DNA from: a candidate division WWE3 bacterium
GTDB lineage: Bacteria; Patescibacteriota; 4484-211; GCA-002791395
Assembly (NCBI GenBank): GCA_020429745.1
Contig: JAGQKZ010000002.1
Location: 1 to 52,015, forward strand
Direction: 5' to 3'
Length of the DNA: 52,015 bases
The translations under genes and the position numbers were made by a program. Below, piece by piece: positions 25,571 through 33,800 of this stretch (its first letter is position 1; each line of letters begins with the position of its first letter). The notes under the pieces are model-generated. The model made no database searches. It had not been told where the DNA came from and worked only from the letters and a program-made list of their open reading frames with translations.

Positions 25571-26071
25571 TCATACCATTTCGGTGGTTCGACTTAATCC
25601 GTCTCTTATCATTATGACAACGCCAGTAATTACAACCGCTGCACCGACAATAAACGTCAGTCCCCCAAGGAAAGCGTCAGCGCTTAAGAGATGGAGTTTG
25701 CTTAATAGATATTCCCAGTCATGGATCGACCCTTCACCACCCAATAGCGGCAGGATTTTAGCTCTCGCGTCTGCGATATAATAGCTCAGGTTAATTGCAC
25801 TTAGCCCAAGCCAAATAAGGGCAAACCCCATCGCGTATCGGTCTCGCCTGCGATAAAAATACACGATGAAGGTTATTGGGACGGCAAGTTGCATGAGAGA
25901 TCCACCGAGTATGTAGATAAACTCTCCGCAGAAGGTGAGTAGCAGATGCCCTGCCTCATGGATAACCAGATGAAGGTTGTCGATCACAGTGTAATTAACG
26001 GCTCTTGTGATGTATAAAAGGCCAATGACGCCAGTGACTAAGGCGAACGCGATTTTTCCAACCTTCTGCAT
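25571..26071 (-). CDS. small polytopic membrane protein with an HExxH motif
   Basis: 166 aa with ~5 hydrophobic helices. HEAGH lies at the end of helix 1/2 (LVIHEAGHLLL). Confidence 0.7.
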   Translation of the reverse strand: MQKVGKIAFALVTGVIGLLYITRAVNYTVIDNLHLVIHEAGHLLLTFCGEFIYILGGSLMQLAVPITFIVYFYRRRDRYAMGFALIWLGLSAINLSYYIADARAKILPLLGGEGSIHDWEYLLSKLHLLSADAFLGGLTFIVGAAVVITGVVIMIRDGLSRTTEMV

Positions 26072-26080
26072 TATTTGGTT

Positions 26081-26461
26081 CTAAAGAAGCGTAACGATCT
26101 TTGCGACGATCTCTTTAAGAGGGGACTGGCTTTTTACAAAGTAATCGGTGGCGCCCATTAGCATTGCCCGCTGAATGTTTTCGGGTTGGTCAAGATTGGA
26201 GGCCACAATTACAGGCGTCTCTTTAAAGTCTTCTGATTCACGTAGCTCACGCAAGATCGCATACCCGTCTTTGACTGGCAGAAGTAGGTCGAGCACAATA
26301 AGATCAGGAACAAACTCGTTGGCCTTCTCGATCGCTTTTTCGCCGCTGTCGACGGACTCAACATTGTAGCCAAGCACGCCAAGTTTAGTGGCGAGCGCCA
26401 AAGACACGCTTGAATCGTCCTCGACAACCATGATCTTTTTGTGATTACTCTTTTCTGTCAT
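26081..26461 (-). CDS. single-domain response regulator (receiver only)
   Basis: CheY-like residues: VVEDD, LIVLDLLLP (phospho-Asp), VIVASN, YFVKS. There is no output domain. Confidence 0.92.
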   Translation of the reverse strand: MTEKSNHKKIMVVEDDSSVSLALATKLGVLGYNVESVDSGEKAIEKANEFVPDLIVLDLLLPVKDGYAILRELRESEDFKETPVIVASNLDQPENIQRAMLMGATDYFVKSQSPLKEIVAKIVTLL

Positions 26462-29444
26462 GTTCTTCGTTCTCGTCTTTTACGTTAGGCGGGTGCAACG
26501 GGAGTCTGATCCAGAACGTCGTACCTTTGTTCAGTATACTATCAAACCATATCTCTCCGCCAGAGGCGTCGATGATTGCTTTAACGAAATACAGTCCAAG
26601 CCCGGTGCCATCGGTTTCGTAGCGCACTACGTTGCTTGCCCGGTAAAATTTATTAAAAATCTGATCGCGTTCGTCGTTAGGGATTCCGTATCCGGTATCC
26701 CTAACCTCGATTAGGAAAGCCTCTTCGTTGTCGGGATCTCGTTCCACTAGGACGGTTATGGTTCCTTCCTCGGGTGTGTACTTGATGGCGTTTGTTACGA
26801 GATTGATAACCGATTGTCGTAGCAGCCGAGGATCGGCCATTACCTCGGTGAGGTCGGACGATACATTAATACCAAGATGTTGGCTCTTCTTGTTTGCCAT
26901 ACCTTCGATCTCTTTCTCTATCGTGCTAAATAAGTCGCCAAGATCGACCGGTTCAAGATGGATCTCGATCCGACCTGACTCGATACGAGAAACACTAAGC
27001 AGAGTATTGACCAGCACGAGCATACGTTCGTTTGAGTCGTTGATGTTATTGATAAACTGTTCCTGCTGCTTGGTTAATTTGCCTGCGTCGCCGTCTATCA
27101 ACATCTCTAAGTACCACTTAATCGCGCCGAGTGGGGTGCGCAGTTGATGAGAAACGAGCGATATAAACTCGCTTTTCATTCGGTCGATCTCTTTTACTTG
27201 GGTGACGTCGCGCTCAAGTGCAACAAAGTACACGACCTCGCCTTGGGCGTTAAGAATCGGATCAATGTGGAGATCCGCGATATATGTCTGCCCGTTTTTG
27301 CGTTTGTTTGTCAGCTCTCCGAAGAAATGAACCTTATCCTCTTTTATGGTATGCCACATATTTTGGTAGAACTCTTTTGGCATAAGTCCTCCCCAGAGTG
27401 TTCCGGCTTTTTTGCCAAGCGCCTCCCCGCGCGAGTAGCCGGTAAGCCGTTCCATAGCTTCGTTAGCGTATATGACAATACCATCCGCGTCGGAGATAAC
27501 GATCTGGTCAGATGTGTTTTCTACTGCAAGTCGAAACTTTTGCAGGTCGTCTGCGAGCTTTTCAGAGTGTATCTTTTCTTTTTGTACTTCCTCGAGCGCC
27601 TTAACTAGCGTTTGGTGCTGTTCTTCAAGATCGTCCTTTTGACTTCTTATCTCCTTGGTCTGTTGTGAAACCTTTAAGTCGATAAGCTCGTACGTCTCTT
27701 TGAGTGTTAATGTCATTCGATCGAAAGCGCGAGATAACTCTCCGATCTCATCTCGGGCTGTTGTTCCTACCTGGTAGTTAAAATTACCAGATTGTACAAC
27801 CTTGATACCCTTCTTCAACTCCTCGATCGGGCGGCTAATCTCCCGACTTATAAAGTAAGACACGGTGTAGAAGATCGCAACGGCAAGTACTGCAAGACCG
27901 AAAAGCACGCCCGTCTGTTGTGTTACCGGTGCGAGTGCTTCATTCTTGTCGATCTTTACCACCAACGCCCAATCTAGGATGTCAACGTGCCGCGTTACAA
28001 GAAAGACGTTTTTGCCTCTGTAGTCGACGGAATCAGTAAGCTGGAGAGGTGTATTATTCAGCGTTTGTATAACTGGTGCCGCAGTAGCGTTTCCGGGTAT
28101 CAATTGTGGTATAGGTGTGACGGAAGGAAACCGGGGTTTGTTTAGGAATACCGCGTTGCCTTCTTCGTCGAATGCTGACAGGAGAATCTCTCCTGTACTA
28201 CCGAGGCCAGCACGGTTTGAGATCGTTTGGGCTACAAACGAATCGTCAATCTCAGCAGCGAGAAAACCTAGGTTGGTGTCTTCATCTGTGATCTGGGTAA
28301 CAATAAGCGCAAAAAAGGTATTATCGGACTCCGCTGATCTGTAAAATCCCGAGAGGGCGGTGTCGTTGCTGTTTTTTGCACTCGTATATGACTGCTCAAG
28401 ATAGCGTCCGATCGTAGAAATATTCTCCATTGATTCGCCGGTCTTTTTATTTAGTAGATCGCTTACATTGCCGTCTGTGTCGATAAAGAAGAGGTTGTTA
28501 AATCCAATAGACCTCTTAAGGTTTAGGAAAAAGGTGTCTGTTATCTGGTCTGGATCTAGCGTCTTGCGAGGTGTTCTAGCGATATCTATGATCGTTGGAG
28601 TCAGAGCCAAGAGTTTTGTGTTTTGGATACGGTCTTGTATGTTGTCCTCGAGCTCTTTTGCCCTGTCGGCAGCGACGACACTAAGTCCCTCAATTGCTTC
28701 GGTTGTAAGTACGTGCCCCAAAAGCAGGCTAATACAGATACCTGCCGTTGTTATCACGACGATGAAGATTGAGATGAAGGTTACTGTAATGCGTGGTCTT
28801 ATCGAAATATTACGTGCGAATATCTTGCCTATAAGAGGTTCAGAAGAAGCTCCTGATATGTTGCGGTAAATCAGGGCGCCAATTGTAATAATAACGTACG
28901 AGATTCCTTTTATTATTAAACTTATAAGCGTGTTTACTGGAGAGACTGCGCCACCTACAGAGATGCCTACGAGAAACAATGCGAAAAAGATTATGCCGGG
29001 TCGGCGGGTCAGATAAAAGAGTACGAGGCAAAGCAGTAAGGCTACCGTTGTTAGTGGTATTGCAGCATGAGTTGTGAAATTAAGCCCTGCCACCTGAGGA
29101 AGGTTGCTCGTCCCGAAGGCAAAAACGACTAGCGCAGCAACAATAAAGAACGCAAAGTAACGCCATGTTACTTTAATACCGAAAATAACAAGCATCAACA
29201 GGTAGATTAACCCGATGATAATAATTGCTGTGATGGAATGGTTGGCCTTTAAAGAAAACTCAACGTTAACCCAGGAAAGCTGTTCGGCCATTTCTATTAC
29301 GCTGCCAATGATTCCTGTGGTGAACAACATTGCGAGCATAAGGACGAAACGGTTTTTGTTATGCCGATATATAGCAAACATCAACATTGCGAGTCCTGTA
29401 GTGAGGATAAGCATTGCGATGTGGGCGATTAGGGTTACATACAT
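26445..29444 (-). CDS. large sensor histidine kinase (multi-TM N-terminus, Cache-like, HAMP, PAS, HisKA, HATPase)
   Basis: H-box SHQLRTPLGAI, plus NLVTNAIKYT, RDTGYGIP and GTGLGLYFV. About 8 N-terminal TM helices. Overlaps the receiver gene by 17 nt. Confidence 0.93.
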   Translation of the reverse strand: MYVTLIAHIAMLILTTGLAMLMFAIYRHNKNRFVLMLAMLFTTGIIGSVIEMAEQLSWVNVEFSLKANHSITAIIIIGLIYLLMLVIFGIKVTWRYFAFFIVAALVVFAFGTSNLPQVAGLNFTTHAAIPLTTVALLLCLVLFYLTRRPGIIFFALFLVGISVGGAVSPVNTLISLIIKGISYVIITIGALIYRNISGASSEPLIGKIFARNISIRPRITVTFISIFIVVITTAGICISLLLGHVLTTEAIEGLSVVAADRAKELEDNIQDRIQNTKLLALTPTIIDIARTPRKTLDPDQITDTFFLNLKRSIGFNNLFFIDTDGNVSDLLNKKTGESMENISTIGRYLEQSYTSAKNSNDTALSGFYRSAESDNTFFALIVTQITDEDTNLGFLAAEIDDSFVAQTISNRAGLGSTGEILLSAFDEEGNAVFLNKPRFPSVTPIPQLIPGNATAAPVIQTLNNTPLQLTDSVDYRGKNVFLVTRHVDILDWALVVKIDKNEALAPVTQQTGVLFGLAVLAVAIFYTVSYFISREISRPIEELKKGIKVVQSGNFNYQVGTTARDEIGELSRAFDRMTLTLKETYELIDLKVSQQTKEIRSQKDDLEEQHQTLVKALEEVQKEKIHSEKLADDLQKFRLAVENTSDQIVISDADGIVIYANEAMERLTGYSRGEALGKKAGTLWGGLMPKEFYQNMWHTIKEDKVHFFGELTNKRKNGQTYIADLHIDPILNAQGEVVYFVALERDVTQVKEIDRMKSEFISLVSHQLRTPLGAIKWYLEMLIDGDAGKLTKQQEQFINNINDSNERMLVLVNTLLSVSRIESGRIEIHLEPVDLGDLFSTIEKEIEGMANKKSQHLGINVSSDLTEVMADPRLLRQSVINLVTNAIKYTPEEGTITVLVERDPDNEEAFLIEVRDTGYGIPNDERDQIFNKFYRASNVVRYETDGTGLGLYFVKAIIDASGGEIWFDSILNKGTTFWIRLPLHPPNVKDENEEHDRKE

Positions 29445-29534
29445 TTGGCAGCGTCTATTAATAAAAATATATAGGTGCAGGTTGGTTAATGCAAGAAACC
29501 ATTGCGTATTTTGCGACTGGAATATAATGCGTGT

Positions 29535-29852
29535 ATGAACAATTCGTTGGGAGCGATTGCAGGTGTTGCGTTTTTGGCCATCGTTGGCCTAGTGTTTGGG
29601 TATTACGTGTTGTACTTCACGCCGTATGCAAAGGCGCTAAGCGATTACGACGTGGCAGACGAAGAGTATCAACGACACCTGAAACAATGCTACGTGGAGC
29701 TACCTGTTGACGAAAACTGCATCGGATTGGATTGTAGTCGTGGCGTAGTAGCAGGGTGTGCTGATATAGAAAAACCTGTTGAACCCGAGTTGCCGATGCG
29801 TGACGTCGTCATGAAGATAGGTGAGTATCTCCACGTAAAGACTGTACGTTAA
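29535..29852 (+). CDS. small membrane-anchored hypothetical protein
   Basis: ATG 29535 lies 6 nt after TATAAT 29523-29528. N-terminal TM helix GAIAGVAFLAIVGLVFGYYVLYF. Confidence 0.6.
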   Translation: MNNSLGAIAGVAFLAIVGLVFGYYVLYFTPYAKALSDYDVADEEYQRHLKQCYVELPVDENCIGLDCSRGVVAGCADIEKPVEPELPMRDVVMKIGEYLHVKTVR

Positions 29853-29887
29853 ATGTGGTCTAAGCGTTCTGGACTAATCGTTGAGGC

Positions 29888-30310
29888 TTAGATGTCGGTT
29901 GTATCATGCTTAATTTTCAATAGTCGCGTGAAGTGGTAGATGGGTATGGTTATAAAACCAGAGGATAACAGTATCGCACCCCAGGCGATCTTACCGCCGG
30001 GAGATAACTCTTTATCTCTGCCTAGGTTGGCAAAGGCGTATACGTAGTTTGCGATCGAGACGACCGTCACGATAAGCTGGAGCACGAAAAGCCCAACCAC
30101 CATATAACTAAAGTATGAAGGGAGGATATAGTTAGCTTCCAGAGTAATAGGGTCGTAAGGTATTCCGATGAGGAGAAGATCTTTTAGCGTGTAGTAAAAG
30201 CTCGCGATGCCGACAATAAACCCAATGAGCGGGATCGTAACGAAGACGCTCCACATCCTGCTAGGTCTTAAGTAGTTGTCCATACCGTTATTGTAGCAAG
30301 GGGAACTCAC
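29888..30310 (-). CDS. small integral membrane protein (3-4 TM) coupled to the DUF4430 gene
   Basis: The GTG start overlaps the stop of the upstream gene by 1 nt (alternative ATG at 30283). Sequence is hydrophobic throughout. Confidence 0.65.
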   Translation of the reverse strand: MSSPCYNNGMDNYLRPSRMWSVFVTIPLIGFIVGIASFYYTLKDLLLIGIPYDPITLEANYILPSYFSYMVVGLFVLQLIVTVVSIANYVYAFANLGRDKELSPGGKIAWGAILLSSGFITIPIYHFTRLLKIKHDTTDI

Positions 30311-30702
30311 TACTCAAATCGCCATTCGATTCGATCGCCTTCATGCGTTATATACTCCGAAGCTCCGACGGTTGCCGCTGCACCGTTAACGTAAAACAGC
30401 CAGTACTTTCCTTCCATGCCGCCCGCTAGGTCATTTATCGAACTAACATATTGACCGAAACTCGAGTCCTCTATTACGACTGTGGGGTTTTGTGCTACAA
30501 GCTGGTTCAGTACCGACTCGCCTTCAATGGCTGTGTAACTGATGATTGTGTCGATAACCTCCTGCACCGTTGTTGGTGTCGGTGTGTCTGACTCTGCGTT
30601 CCTTGTGTCGCCGTTACCGTTTGATACATACGTGGCACCTGCAAGTATGATAGCGACTGCTAATAATAGAATAATTATCTTGTTATTTTTCATAGTACTC
30701 AC
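30310..30702 (-). CDS. secreted DUF4430 (transcobalamin-like beta domain) protein
   Basis: N-terminal anchor/signal, then EGESVLNQL...SSFGQYVSSINDL...GKYWLFYVNGAAATVGASEYITHEGDRIEWRF, which is typical of DUF4430. SD AGGGGGTG lies upstream. Confidence 0.78.
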   Translation of the reverse strand: MSTMKNNKIIILLLAVAIILAGATYVSNGNGDTRNAESDTPTPTTVQEVIDTIISYTAIEGESVLNQLVAQNPTVVIEDSSFGQYVSSINDLAGGMEGKYWLFYVNGAAATVGASEYITHEGDRIEWRFE

Positions 30703-30836
30703 CCCCTAACTCTGCTTTAAGTTTTAGCGAAAAGACTGCCAAAACGCGAGCAATGAGTACGTATTGCCGGGATCGGATTTTTACCGTTGCGCGTCAATGG
30801 CGGAATTCCACCGCTCTTCACCGACAAGACGTGATA
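30703..30836 (-). ncRNA. candidate cobalamin riboswitch in the 5' leader of the DUF4430 gene
   Basis: The minus-strand RNA contains GGUGAAGAGCGGUGGAAUUCCGCCAUUGACGCGCAACGGUAAAAAUCC (rc of 30781-30825 and flanks). From memory, this closely parallels the E. coli btuB core AGUGCGAAUCUGGAGCUGACGCGCAGCGGUAAGG. A TTGCAA-N17-TATAAA promoter lies at rc 30843-30871. I could not find a clear B12 box. Confidence 0.5.
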
Positions 30837-30899
30837 GGTTGATTTATAAGACATCGACCCTGATATTGCAAGTGGTCAAGTCTGCCCCACTAGAGGAGG

Positions 30900-33800
30900 T
30901 CAACTCGCCATAATTGAAAGCCTTGGGACCTTGATCCTTCTTTTTATTGTGTCGTACTTTTTTGATATCTTGATAGGCTCGCCTTCGTAGATCTTTCTAT
31001 AACCGCCGGCTGGGTCTTTAACCTCGACGTTGATCTTATATGTTCCTTCTTGGACCAAGAAAGAATATCTTCCGGTTTTGTCGGTAACCACTGGTGGGTA
31101 CTGCATCATCGGAACGTTAGGGTTTACTAGTCGAACTACGGCGTCACTTATTGCAGTCTTGTTATTTTTGACCACTCCCCAGGCGTGACGGGACTTAACT
31201 ATGATCTTCACACCGAGAACAACGATGAAGAAGCACAAAACGATGGTGTTGGGAATGCTTGATACGAGAAGGAACGCCACCACCGCCCAGAGCATTGAAG
31301 CGGCAAAAAGTATTCGCGCAATAGCGGGGATAACTCTTAGAATGGGTGAGTCGTGTCTTATACCTATGCGATCCTTCTCGGCCTGGTTCCAGTCGGCTTT
31401 TACCGGTTCCAGCGGGATGTTGTGGAGTATTGTCGAGTCCTTGCCGATGTAGATTCTTTGTCCTGTGTAGACATCAGAGTAAACAGGGTCGTTGTTAAGG
31501 TTATGGAACTTTTCGCTGCTTGGTGGGAAGTTATAGTTTGCCTTGTCTACTTTGATCGTGTAAGTTCCCGGTTTAACGAGGAACTGGTATCTGCCGAATA
31601 TGTCGGTCAGTGTCTGGGCCGTCTCACCGTTTTCGTCGACAAGGGTAACAAGAGCTGGGTCGAGAGGCTGTTTGGTGACGACATCGTATACAACACCCCA
31701 TGGTTTCCGCTTTTTGATGATTAGTCCGAGCAACAACCCTGGTAGATGCCAAATCGATGTAAATTGTATGGCAGCTGCAACGGGAGGAATGAGGCCGGCG
31801 GTGATTGGAGCGACAAAAGTTGCAGCGGCGACGGTAACAGCGGCAGTAGAGTTAGAAGACTCGTTCGCTAATGATCGGGCGACGATAACCGATTTGCTGC
31901 CAAGCTGGATCACAGCGGAGAGAATGTCTTTTGTAAGTTGTCTTAAATTTGCTGAGGTTTTTTCCAGAAACGAGTCGGTGCTCTTTGGCGCGACTGGGTC
32001 GGTCGGCTTGGGGCTTGGAGGCGTAGATGTATTTGACGAAGATTGTGGGGTTGGCGTTGTTGGAGAGCTTGGTTCTCGGGTCGGCGCTGGACTTATCGTC
32101 GGCTCAGGTGTTGGGGTAATCGTTGGAGGCAAGACCGCCTCTTCTGACAGTCCAACAACCAGGCTTAAAGTGTAGGTTTTTGCGTTACCTGCCAGATCGT
32201 AACCGATTAGTTTTATCTCGTATGTCCCTGGCGATAGAGTCTGCAAGATCTCCCACCGAGTTTTTGAACTGCTGTTTACGGATTTTTTGTTCGCGCCATC
32301 TACATACAGATCAACGGTAAGGTTCGTCTCGCCGGTCCCGATAAATCTGGGATTGGATCCGACGTAATAGTAAGTGGAAAAGCTATCGGAGTAGGCGATT
32401 GTCGTGATAGCGGTGAGTTCCATGTCTGGTCCTTTAGTGTCCAAGATTATTGTGTCGTTATACGACTTTGAGACGTTGCCGCTCCCGTCCTTGAATCTGG
32501 TGTAGACGGTCTTTTTGCCGTCTTTATTTGTTAACGTGTAACTTTGAACTGTTGCGAAACTGATCCAGTCAGCGCCATTAAAGCTTTCGTCTTCGCTAAG
32601 TTGCATCTGCGTAACGTCTTGCACGTCCATTGACTGCAGAGTTAGTGTAACCACGCGCGTATTTGTATAAGAATCGCCTCCATTAATAACAACACTCCCG
32701 GTTGGAGCATCTTGGTCAAGCGTGATATCGTCGTTCATCGTTGTTGATTCGTTACCGGCCTTGTCGAGTAGTCTTACGTAGACCGTCTGCTTGCCTTTTT
32801 CATTTAGCAAAGAAAATGTGTTTGAAGCCGTGTAGTCGTTCCAAGACGCCCCGGATAAATCGGGATTTAATGATGCCTTAATTTTGTCAACTCCGGAGAT
32901 ATCGTAAACATCGAAAGTGAGTGTTACATTAACCGATGGCGTGTATTCATTCCCATTGTTTATCATAAATGTACCGGTTGGTCCGTTACGGTCGAAGATA
33001 ATGCTCGCGGAGTACGTTGGTGATACATTCAACGCATTGTCACGGAACTTCACATAGAAGGTTTTAACCCCATCCGGGTCGGATAGGGCATAGGATTTCT
33101 CTGAAACGAACGACTCCCATACCGCACCTGCAAACGAGCTTTTGGTTGAGATCTTCATGTCTTCCACTCCCGAGAGTGAATCTAAAGCTGTCAGTTGCAA
33201 GGTAACGTTGGGATCAGCTGTTTGTATCTGTCCGTCATTTATCGCAATCCCTCCAACTGCGCTTACCGTATCGAGCGTGATTAAGTCGCTGGTTACGTTT
33301 GAGAGGTTGCCTGCATCGTCTTTTAGCTGTGCGTAAACCGTGTGGGATGTGTTTGTCGAACCAAGCGTAAAGGGTGCGGGGTCAAGATACGTCTGCCAGC
33401 TACTACCTGAAAACGATGCGTTCTCGCTGAGGCGCATCTGCAGGGTTGATGGCGACTCGTCTGTTGTTGTAAAGTCGATACTCACAAGGCGGGTGTTCGT
33501 GTATGTTGCATCCCCGCTTATTACAACCGATGTTTCTGGTGCTTGGTTGATCGTTAATACATAAGTGTCCGAGTTATTCGACGTTGAAGCTTCACCGGTT
33601 GAGGTTGTGGCAAGAACTGTTCCTGAGATGTCGCTCAAAGTCGTCGCTGAGTCTTGAACTACCGTCTCGATCGTTACCGTGCTCGGATTGGTTGCGTACG
33701 TCACCGACCAGTCAAGCACCGTTGGTGTCGTCCAGTTATCTCCACTTGTAAGCGTTGTCTGAAGGTTAATCGTGGAATATGTAGTCGTCGAGAGTGAGCT

